Source: Eledone cirrhosa (lineage: Eukaryota). From it: 64,000 nucleotides of DNA. The DNA is taken from NCBI GenBank assembly GCA_964016885.1, contig OZ024740.1, positions 138,074,001 to 138,138,000 of the forward strand, read 5' to 3'. Both the position numbers and the translations under genes were made by a program. The notes beneath the pieces are model-generated. The model saw only the letters and a program-made list of their open reading frames with translations, made no database searches and was not told where the DNA came from. Within the stretch, counting starts at the first letter, position 1. Every line of letters begins with the position of its first letter. Shown here piece after piece: positions 53,901 to 64,000 of the stretch.

Positions 53901-56900
53901 ACTTTTCTCTCAATCTCCAATTCTCTCTTTTTCCTATCACTTTACCCTCAATCTCCAATTCTCTCTTTCTCTTATCACTTTTCCCCCAATCTCCAATTCT
54001 CTCTTTCTCTTATCACTTTTCTCTCAATCTCCTATTCTCTCTTTCTCTTATCACTTTTCTCTCAATCTCCAATTCTCTCTTTCTCTTATCACTTTTCTCT
54101 CAATCTCCAATTCTCTCTTTCTCTTATCACTTTTCTCTCAATCTCCAATTCTCTGTTTCTCTTATCACTTTTCTCTCAATCTCCAATCCTCTCTTTCTCT
54201 TATCACTTTTCTCTCAATCTCCAATTCTCTCTCCCTGTTATCACTTTTCCCCCAATCTCCCATTCTCTCTCTCTCATATCACTTTTCTCTCAATCTCCAA
54301 TTCTCTCTTTCTCTTATCACTTTTCTCTCAATCTCCAATTCTCTCTTTCTCCTATCACTTTTCTCTCAATCTCCAATTTTCTCTTTCTCTTATCACATTT
54401 CTCTCAATCTCCACTTCTCTCTTTCTCTTATCACTTTTCTCTCAATCTCCAATTCTCTCTTTCTCTTATCACTTTTCTCTCAATCACCAATTCTCTCTGT
54501 CTCTTATCACTTTTCTCTCAATCACCAATTCTCTCTGACTCTTATCACTTTTCTCTCAATCTCCAAATCTCTCTTTCTCTTATCACTTTTCTCTCAATCT
54601 CCAATTCTCTCTTTCTCTCATCACTTTTCTCTCAATCTCCAATTCTCTCTTTCTCTTATCACTTTTCTCTCAATCTCTAATTCTCTCTTTCTCTTATCAC
54701 TTTTCTCTCAATCTCCAATTCTCTCTTTCTCTTATCACTTTTCTCTCAATCTCCAATTCTCTCTTTCGCTTATCACTTTTCTCTCAATCTCCAATTCTCT
54801 CTTTCTCTTATCACTTTTCTCTCAATCTCCAATTCTCTATTTCTCTTATCACTTTTCTCTCAATCTCCAATTCTCCCTTTCTCTTATCAGTTTTCTCTCA
54901 ATCTCCAAATCTCTCTTTTTCCTATCACTTTTCCCTCAATCTCCAATTCTCTCTTTCTCTTATCACTTTTCCCCCAATCTCCAATTCTCTCTTTCTCTTA
55001 TCACTTTTCTCTCAATCTCCAATTCTCTCTTTCTCTTATCACTTTTCTCCCAATCACCAATTCTCTCTTTCTCTTATCACTTTTCTCTCAATCACCAATT
55101 CTCTCTGACTCTTATCACTTTTCTCTCAATCTCCAAATCTCTCTTTCTCTTATCACTTTTCTCTCAATCTCCAATTCTCTCTTTCTCTCATCACTTTTCT
55201 CTCAATCTCCAATTCTCTCTTTCTCTTATCACTTTTATCTCAATCTCCAATTCTCTCTTTCTCTTATCACTTTTCTCTCAATCTCCAATTCTCTCTTTCT
55301 CTTATCACTTTTCCCTCAATCTCCAATTCTCTCCTTCCCTTATCACTTTTCTCTCAATCTCTAATTCTCTCTTTCTCTTATCACTTTTCTCTCAATCTCC
55401 AATTCTCTCTTTCTCTTATCACTTTTCTCTCAATCTCCAATTCTCTCTTTCTCTTATCACTTTTCCCTCAATCTCCAATTCTCTCCTTCTCTTATCACTT
55501 TTCTCTCAATCTCTAATTCTCTCTTTCTCTTATCACTTTTCTCTCAATCTCCAATTCTCTCTTTCTCTTAACACTTTTCTCTCAATCTCCAATTCTCTCT
55601 TTCTCTTATCACTTTTCTCTCAATCTCCAATTCTCCCTTTCTCTTATCACTTTTCCCTCAATCTCCAATTCTCTCTTTCTCTTATCACTTTTCTCTCAAT
55701 CTCTAATTCTCTCTTTCTCTTATCACTTTTCTCTCAATCTCCAATTCTCTCTTTCTCTTAACACTTTTCCCCCAATCTCCAATTCTCTCTTTCTCTTATC
55801 ACTTTTCTCTCAATCTCCAATTCTCTCTTTCTCTTATCACTTTTCTCCCAATCTCCAATTCTCTCTGTTTCTTATCACTTTTCTCTCAATCTCCAATTCT
55901 CTCTTTCTCTTATCACTTTTCTCTCAATATCCAATTCTCTCTCTCTCTTATCACTTTTCTCTCAATCTCCAATCCTCTCTTTCTCTTATCACTTTTCTCC
56001 CAATCTCCAATTCTCTCTGTTTCTTATCACTTTTCTCTCAATCTCCAATTCTCTCTTTCTCTTATCACTTTTCTCTCAATCTCCAATTCTCTCTTTCTCT
56101 TATCACTTTTCTCTCAATCTCCAATTCTCTCTTTCTCTTATCACTTTTCTCTCAATCTCCAATTCTCTCTCTCTCTTATCACTTTCTCTCTCAATCTCCA
56201 ATTCTCTCTTTTTCCTATCACTTTTCCCTCAATCTCCAATTCTCTCTTTCTCTTATCACTTTTCCCCCAATCTCCAATTCTCTCTTTCTCTTATCACTTT
56301 TCTCTCAATCTCCAATTCCCTCTTTCTCTTATCACTTTTCACCCAATCTCCAATTCTCTCTGTTTCTTATCACTTTTCTCTCAATCCCCAATTCTCTCTT
56401 TCTCTTATCACTTTTCTCTCAATATCCAATTCTCTCTTTCTCTTATCACTTTTCTCTCAATCTCCAATTCTCTCTTTCTCTTATCACTTTTCTCCCAATC
56501 TCCAATTCTCTCTGTTTCTTATCACTTTTCTCTCAATCTCCAATTCTCTCTTTCTCTTATCACTTTTCTCTCAATCTCCAATTCTCTCTTTCTCTTATCA
56601 CTTTTCTCTCAATCTCCAATTCTCTCTTTCTCTTATCACCTTTCTCTCAATCTCCAATTCTCTCTCTCTCTTATCACTTTCTCTCTCAATCTCCAATTCT
56701 CTCTTTTTCTTATCACTTTTCCCTCAATCTCCAATCCTCTCTTTCTCTTATCACTTTTCTATCAATCTCCAATTCTCTCTTTCTCTTATCACTTTTCTCT
56801 CAATCTCCAATTCTCTCTTTCTCTTATCACTTTTCTCTCAATCTCCAATCCTCTCTTTCTCTTATCACTTTTCCCTCAATGTCCAATTCTCTCTGTTTCT

Positions 56901-58550
56901 TATCACTTTTCTCTCAATCTCCAATTCTCTCTTTCTCTTATCACTTTTCTCTCAATCTCCAATTCTCTCTTTCTCTTATCACTTTTCTCTCAATCTCCAA
57001 TTCTCTCTTTCTCTTATCACTTTTCTCTAAATCTCCAATTCTCTCTCTCTCTTATCACTTTCTCTCTCAATCTCCAATTCTCTCTTTCTCTTATCAGTTT
57101 TCTCTCAATATCCAATTCTCTCTCTCTCTTATCACTTTTCTCTCAATCTCCAATTCTGTCTTTCTCTTATCACTTTTCTCCCACTCTCCAATTCTCTCTG
57201 TTTCTTATCACTTTTCTCTCGATCTCTAATTCTCTCTTTCTCTTATCACTTTTCTCTCAATCTCCAATTCTCTCTTTTTCTTATCACTTTTCTCTCAATC
57301 TCCAATTCTCTCTTTCTCTTATCACTTTTCTCTCAATCTCCAATTCTCTCTCTCTCTTATCACTTTCTCTCTCAATCTCCAATTCTCTCTTTTTCCTATC
57401 ACTTTTCTCTCAATCTCCAATTCTCTCTTTCTCTTATCACTTTTCCCCCAATCTCCAATTCTCTCTTTCTCTTATCACTTTTCTCTCAATCTCCAATTCT
57501 CTCTCTCTCATATCACTTTTCTCTCAATCTCCAATTTTCTCTTTCTCTTATCACATTTCTCTCAATCTCCACTTCTCTCTTTCTCTTATCACTTTTCTCT
57601 CAACCTCCCATTCTCTCTTTCTCTTATGACTTTTCTCTCAATCACCAATTCTCTCTGTCTCTTATCACTTTTCTCTCAATCACCAATTCTCTCTGACTCT
57701 GATCACTTTTCTCTCAATCTCCAAATCTCTCTTTCTCTTATCACTTTTCTCTCAATCTCCAATTCTCTCTTACTCTTATCACTTTTCTCTCAATCTCCAA
57801 TTCTCTCTTTCTCTCATCACTTTTCTCTCAATCTCCAATTCTCTCTTTCTCTTATCACTTTTATCTCAATCTCCAATTCTCTCTTTCTCTTATCACTTTT
57901 CTCTCAATCTCCAATTCTCTCTTTCTCTTATCACTTTTCTCTCAATCTCCAATTCTCTCTTTCTCTTATCACTTTTCTCTCAATCTCCAAATCTCTCTTT
58001 CTCTAATCACTTTTCTCTCAATCTCCAATTCTCTCTTTCTCTTATCACTTTTCTTTCAATCTCCAATTCTCTCTTTCTCTTATCACTTTTCTCTCAATCT
58101 CCAATTCTCTCTTTCTCTTATCACTTTTCTCTCAATCTCTAATTCTCTCTTTCTCTTATCACTTTTCTCTCAATCTCCAATTCTCTCTTTCTCTTATCAC
58201 TTTTCTCTCAATCTCCAATTCTCTCTTTCTCTTATCACTTTTCTCTCAATCTCCAATTCTCTCTTTCTCTTATCACTTTTCTCTCAATCTCCAATTCTCT
58301 CTTTCTCTTATCACTTTTCTCTCAATCTCCAATTCTCCCTTTCTCTTATCACTTTTCTCTCAATCTCCAGTTCTCTCTTTTTCTTATCACTTTTCTCTCA
58401 ATGTCTAATTCTCTCTGTTTCTTATCACTTTTCTCTCAATCTCATATTCTCTCTTTCTCTTATTACTTTTCTCTCAATCTCCAATTCTCTCTTTCTCATA
58501 TCACTTTTCTCTCAATCCCCGATTTTCTCTTTCTATTATCACATTTCTCT
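48900..58550 (+). repeat. Higher-order duplication, offset 5,514/5,856/5,894 bp (~48.9-52.66 kb vs ~54.45-58.55 kb)
   Basis: Shared private variants: TTCGCTTATC (G 49254/54768), CTCGATCTCTAA (G 51365/57221) and CTCCAGTT (G 52476/58370). ORF pairs 51023/56879 and 51770/57626 are +5,856. Confidence 0.9.
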
Positions 58551-61500
58551 CAATCTCCACTTCTCCCTTTCTTTTATCACTTTTCTCTCAACCTCCCATT
58601 CTCTCTTTCTCTTATGACTTTTCTCTCAATCACCAATTCTCTCTGTCTCTTATCACTTTTCTCTCAATCACCAATTCTCTCTGTTTCTTATCACTTTTCT
58701 CTCAATCTCCAATTCTCTCTTTCTCTTATCACTTTTCTCTCAATCTCCAATTCTCTCTTTCTCTTATCACTTTTCCCTCAATCTCCAATTCTCTCTTTCT
58801 CTTATGACTTTTCTCTCAATCACCAATTCTCTCTTCCTCTTATGACTTTTCTCTCAATCACCAATTCTCTCTGTCTCTGATCACTTTTCACTCAATCTCC
58901 AATTCTCTCTTTCTCTTATCACTTTTCTCTCAATCTCCAATTCTCTCTTACTCTTATCACTTTTCTCTCAATCTCCAATTCTCTCTTTCTCTCATCACTT
59001 TTCTCTCAATCTCCAATTCTCTTTTTCTCTTATCACTTTTCTCTCAATCTCCAATTCTCTCTTTCTCTTATCACTTTTCTCTCAATCTCCAATTCTCTCT
59101 TTCTCTTATCACTTTTCTTTCAATCTCCAATTCTCTCTTTCTCTTATCACTTTTCTCTCAATCTCCAATTCTCTCTTTCTCTTATCACTTTTCTCTCAAT
59201 CTCTAATTCTCTCTTTCTCTTATCACTTTTCTCTCAATCTCCAATTCTCTCTTTCTCTTATCACTTTTCTCTCAATCTCCAATTCTCTCTTTCTCTTATC
59301 ACTTTTCTCTCAATCTCCAATTCTCTCTTTCTCTTATCACTTTTCTCTCAATCTCCAATTCTTTCTTTCTTTTATCACTTTTCTCTCAATCTCCAATTCT
59401 CCCTTTCTCTTATCACTTTTCTCTCAATCTCCAATTCTCTCTTTTTCTTATCACTTTTCTCTCAATGTCTAATTCTCTCTGTTTCTTATCACTTTTCTCT
59501 CAATCTCATATTCTCTCTTTCTCTTATTACTTTTCTCTCAATCTCCAATTCTCTCTTTCTCATATCACTTTTCTCTCAATCCCCGATTTTCTCTTTCTCT
59601 TATCACATTTCTCTCAATCTCCACTTCTCCCTTTCTTTTATCACTTTTCTCTCAACCTCCCATTCTCTCTTTCTCTTATGAGTTTTCTCTCAATCACCAA
59701 TTCTCTCTGTCTCTTATCACTTTTCTCTCAATCACCAATTCTCTCTGTTTCTTATCACTTTTCTCTCAATCTCTAATTCTCTCTTTCTCTTATCACTTTT
59801 CTCTCAATCTCCAATTCTCTCTTTCACTTATCACATTTCCCTCAATCTCCAATTCTCTCTTTCTCTTATCACTTTTCTCTCAATCTCCAATTCTCTCTTT
59901 CTCTTATGACTTTTCTCTCAATCACCAATTCTCTCTGTCTCTGATCACTTTTCACTCAATCTCCAATTCTCTCTTTCTCTTATCACTTTTCTCTCAATCT
60001 CCAATTCTCTCTTACTCTTATCACTTTTCTCTCAATCTCCAATTCTCTCTTTCTCTCATCACTTTTCTCTCAATCTCCAATTCTCTTTTTATCTTATCAC
60101 TTTTCTCTCAATCTCCAATTCTCTCTTTCTCTTATCACTTTTCTCTCAATATCCAATTCTCTCTTTCTCTTATCACTTTTCTCTCAATCTCCAATCCTCT
60201 CTTTCTCTTATCACTTTTCTCTCAATGTCCAATTCTCTCTTTCTCTTATCACTTTTCTCTCAATCTCCAATTCTCTCTTTCTCTTATCACTTTTCTCTTA
60301 ATCTCCAATTCTCTCTTTCTCTTATCACTTTTCTCTCAATCTCCAATTCTCCCTTTCTCTTATCACTTTTCTCTCAATCTCCAATTCTCTCTTTTTCTTA
60401 TCACTTTCCCTCAATCTCTAATTCTCTCTGTTTCTTAACACTTTTCCCCCAATCTCCAATTCTCTCTTTCTCTTATCACTTTTCTCTCAATCTCCAATTC
60501 TCTCTTTCTCTTATCACTTTTCTCCCAATCTCCAATTCTCTCTGTTTCTTATCACTTTTCTCTCAATCTCCAATACTCTCTTTCTCTTATCACTTTTCTC
60601 TCAATATCCAATTCTCTCACTCTCTTATCACTTTTCTCTCAATCTCCAATTCTCTCTTTCTCTTATCACTTTTCTCCCAATCTCCAATTCTCTCTGTTTC
60701 TTATCACTTTTCTCTCAATCTCATATTCTCTCTTTCTCTTATTACTTTTCTCTCAATCTCCAATTCTCTCTTTCTCATATCACTTTTCTCTCAATCCCCG
60801 ATTTTCTCTTTCTCTTATCACATTTCTCTCAATCTCCACTTCTCCCTTTCTTTTATCACTTTTCTCTCAACCTCCCATTCTCTCTTTCTCTTATGACTTT
60901 TCTCTCAATCACCAATTCTCTCTGTCTCTTATCACTTTTCTCACAATCACCAATTCTCTCTGTTTCTTATCACTTTTCTCTCAATCTCTAATTCTCTCTT
61001 TCTCTTATCACTTTTCTCTCAATCTCCAATTCTCTCTTTCTCTTATCACTTTTCCCTCAATCTCCAATTCTCTCTTTCTCTTATCACTTTTCTCTCAATC
61101 TCCAATTCTCTCTTTCTCTTATGACTTTTCTCTCAATCACCAATTCTCTCTGTCTCTGATCACTTTTCACTCAATCTCCAATTCTCTCTTTCTCTTATCA
61201 CTTTTCTCTCAATCTCCAATTCTCTCTTACTCTTATCACGTTTCTCTTAATCTCCAATTCTCTGTTTCTCTCATCACTTTTCTCTCAATCTCCAATTCTC
61301 TTTTTCTCTTATCACTTTTCTCTCAATCTCCAATTCTCTCTTTCTCTTATCACTTTTCTCTCAATATCCAATTCTCTCTTTCTCTTATCACTTTTCTCTC
61401 AATCTCCAATCCTCTCTTTCTCTTATCACTTTTCTCTCAATGTCCAATTCTCTCTGTTTCTTATCACTTTTCTCTCAATCTCCAATTCTCTCTTTCTCTT

Positions 61501-64000
61501 ATCACTTTTCTCTCAATCTCCAATTCTCTCTTTCTCTTATCACTTTTCTCTCAATCTCCAATTCTCTCTTTCTCTTATCACTTTTCTCTCAATCTCCAAT
61601 TCTCCCTTTCTCTTATCACTTTTCTCTCAATCTCCAATTCTCTCTTTTTCTTATCACTTTTCTCTCAATCTCTAATTCTCTCTGTTTCTTATCACTTTTC
61701 CCCCAATCTCCAATTCTCTCTTTCTCTTATCACTTTTCTCTCAATCTCCAATTCTCTCTTTCTCTTATCACTTTTCTCCCAATCTCCAATTCTCTCTGTT
61801 TCTTATCACTTTTCTCTCAATCTCCAATTCTCTCTTTCTCTTATCACTTTTCTCTCAATATCCGATTCTCTCTCTCTCTTATCACTTTTCTCTCAATCTC
61901 CAATTCTCTCTTTCTCTTATCACTTTTCTCCCAATCTCCAATTCTCTCTGTTTCTTATCACTTTTCTCTCAATCTCCAATTCTCTCTTTCTCTTATCACT
62001 TTTCTCTCAATCTCCAATTCTCTCTTTCTCTTATCACTTTTTTCTCAATCTCCAATTCTCTCTTTCTCTTATCACTTTTCTCTCAATCTCCAATTCTCTC
62101 TCTCTCTTATCACTTTCTCTCTCAATCTCCAATTCTCTCTTTTTCCTATCACTTTTCCCTCAATCTCCAATTCTCTCTTTCTCTTATCACTTTTCTCTCA
62201 ATCTCCAATTCTCCCTTTCTCTTATCACTTTTCTCTCAATCTCCAATTCTCTCTTTTTCTTATCACTTTTCCCTCAATCTCTAATTCTCTCTGTTTCTTA
62301 TCACTTTTCCCCCAATCTCCAATTCTCTCTTTCTCTTATCACTTTTCTCTCAATCTCCAATTCTCTCTTTCTCTTATCACTTTTCTCTCAATATCCAAAT
62401 CTCTCTCTCTCTTATCACTTTTCTCTCAATCTCCAATTCTCTCTTTCTCTTATCACTTTTCTCCCAATCTCCAATACTCTCTGTTTCTTATCACTTTTCT
62501 CTCAATCTCCAATTCTCTCTTTCTCTTATCACTTTTCTCTCAATCTCCAATTCTCTCTTTCTCTTATCACTTTTCTCTCAATCTCATATTCTCTCTTTCT
62601 CTTATTACTTTTCTCTCAATCTCCAATTCTCTCTTTCTCATATCACTTTTCTCTCAATCCCCGATTTTCTCTTTCTCTTATCACATTTCTCTCAATCTCC
62701 ACTTCTCCCTTTCTTTTATCACTTTTCTCTCAACCTCCCATTCTCTCTTTCTCTTATGACTTTTCTCTCAATCACCAATTCTCTCTGTCTCTTATCACTT
62801 TTCTCTCAATCACCAATTCTCTCTGTTTCTTATCACTTTTCTCTCAATCTCTAATTCTCTCTTTCTCTTATGACTTTTCTCTCAATCACCAATTCTCTCT
62901 GTCTCTGATCACTTTTCACTCAATCTCCAATTCTCTCTTTCTCTTATCACTTTTCTCTCAATCTCCAATTCTCTCTTACTCTTATCACTTTTCTCTTAAT
63001 CTCCAATTCTCTGTTTCTCTCATCACTTTTCTCTCAATCTCCAATTCTCTTTTTCTCTTATCACTTTTCTCTCAATCTCCAATTCTCTCTTTCTCTTATC
63101 ACTTTTCTCTCAATATCCAATTCTCTCTTTCTCTTATCACTTTTCTCTCAATCTCCAATCCTCTCTTTCTCTTATCACTTTTCTCTCAATGTCCAATTCT
63201 CTCTGTTTCTTATCACTTTTCTCTCAATCTCCAATTCTCTCTTTCTCTTATCACTTTTCTCTCAATCTCCAATTCTCTCTTTCTCTTATCACTTTTCTCT
63301 CAATCTCCAATTCTCTCTCTCTCTTATCACTTTTCTCTCAATCTCCAATTCTCCCTTTCTCTTATCACTTTTCTCTCAATCTCCAATTCTCTCTTTTTCT
63401 GATCACTTTTCTCTCAATCTCTAATTCTCTCTGTTTCTTATCACTTTTCCCCCAATCTCCAATTCTCTCTTTCTCTTATCACTTTTCTCTCAATCTCCAA
63501 TTCTCTCTTTCTCTTATCACTTTTCTCCCAATCTCCAATTCTCTCTGTTTCTTATCACTTTTCTCTCAATCTCCAATTCTCTCTTTCTCTTATCACTTTT
63601 CTCTCAATATCCGATTCTCTCTCTCTCTTATCACTTTTCTCTCAATCTCCAATTCTCTCTTTCTCTTATCACTTTTCTCCCAATCTCCAATTCTCTCTGT
63701 TTCTTATCACTTTTCTCTCAATCTCCAATTCTCTCTTTCTCTTATCACTTTTCTCTCAATCTCCAATTCTCTCTTTCTCTTATCACTTTTCTCTCAATCT
63801 CCAATTCTCTCTTTCTCTTATCACTTTTCTCTCAATCTCCAATTCTCTCTCTCTCTTATCACTTTCTCTCTCAATCTCCAATTCTCTCTTTTTCCTATCA
63901 CTTTTCCCTCAATCTCCAATTCTCTCTTTCTCTTATCACTTTTCTCTCAATCTCCAATTCTCCCTTTCTCTTATAACTTTTCTCTCAATCTCCAATTCTC
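58390..64000 (+). repeat. Four short, variable-length higher-order units (spacings 1,064, 1,215 and 1,863 bp; last unit truncated by window end)
   Basis: The marker AATCCCCGATTTTC has its G at 58521, 59585, 60800 and 62663. Each is followed by the same ordered variants: CACATTT, CCACTTCTCCCTTTCTTTTA, AACCTCCCATT, then CTGATCACTTTTCACTC. Confidence 0.88.

Larger units (their letters stand above)
1..64000 (+). repeat. Tandem satellite array, 38-bp monomer TCTCTTATCACTTTTCTCTCAATCTCCAATTCTCTCTT, ~1,680 head-to-tail copies, one orientation
   Basis: Positions 1-38 recur at 39, 77, 115 and so on, and the same unit is legible on every line to position 64000. Many monomers equal the consensus; others carry 1-4 substitutions. 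No inversion or non-repeat insert was seen. 64000/38 is about 1,684. Confidence 0.99.

Noticed and set aside
281-62759. Long ORFs of up to ~1,000 aa (e.g. 3766..6699, 12607..15624, 36715..39717, 51770..54538) as protein-coding genes
   Set aside because: They overlap in all three frames with the same S/L/F-rich periodic peptide, and they start and stop only at sporadic variant bases. There is no domain, codon structure or gene context. The G-free 38-bp repeat explains them fully.
1-64000. CRISPR array (38 bp is within the CRISPR repeat size range)
   Set aside because: The repeats are directly adjacent with no unique spacers, leader, palindromic stem or cas genes.
1-64000. Telomerase-synthesised telomeric repeat (one strand G/A-rich and C-free)
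   Set aside because: There are no GGG tracts, and the unit is longer than the telomerase repeats I know. Variants are inherited in kb-scale duplicated blocks, which indicates recombinational amplification. A subtelomeric location cannot be excluded from this window.
1-64000. G-quadruplex, i-motif or hairpin/cruciform structures
   Set aside because: The consensus has only one CC/GG per monomer, and CCCCC variants are isolated and at least 38 bp apart. The near-absence of G on the + strand precludes stable inverted repeats.
1-64000. Intrinsic curvature from phased A-tracts, or nucleosome-length (152/190 bp) periodicity
   Set aside because: There is only one T4 tract per 38 bp, which is not in phase with 10.5 bp. 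Variant recurrences show no consistent 4- or 5-monomer period; the 152-bp repeat of CTCCTTCCCTTA near 44.46/44.61 kb is a local duplication carried along by larger ones.
1-64000. Embedded transposon, RNA gene or unique island hidden in the array
   Set aside because: Reading through the window, every stretch aligns to the 38-bp monomer. The largest departures are a few clustered substitutions or 1-2 bp indels.
1-64000. Variant monomers as a diversity-generating or information-storing cassette system
   Set aside because: There are no associated recombinase, reverse transcriptase or expression-site sequences. The variant order is explained parsimoniously by nested duplication and conversion.
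1-64000. Pure sequencing or assembly artefact (collapsed or low-complexity noise)
   Set aside because: Specific multi-substitution variants recur in conserved order with hierarchical divergence, which random error would not produce. Individual near-identical duplications could still be assembly errors.

Overview
The whole 64 kb window is one uninterrupted, single-orientation, head-to-tail satellite array with a 38-bp monomer, consensus TCTCTTATCACTTTTCTCTCAATCTCCAATTCTCTCTT (about 1,680 copies; 19 T, 13 C, 6 A, 0 G per consensus monomer on the + strand). Both ends of the window lie inside the array. I see no genes, RNA genes, transposons, CRISPR spacers or unique sequence. The ORF track is an artefact: the G-free + strand consensus has no stop codon, and 38 is not divisible by 3, so all three frames read the same circular 38-aa peptide. 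The real information is in the variant monomers, which act as barcodes. They reveal nested tandem duplications of 0.3-5.9 kb, a ~5 kb higher-order unit present four times at ~18-36.8 kb, a left/right switch of variant vocabulary near 35.5-37 kb, and small patches apparently copied between distant parts of the array. The monomer itself resolves into five 7-8 bp sub-repeats. I do not recognise this satellite family and cannot assign the organism; a eukaryotic heterochromatic, centromeric or subtelomeric origin is inference. I found no evidence for a novel protein-coding system. Block boundaries were read by eye and are approximate; offsets come from diagnostic variants and ORF-track coordinates.
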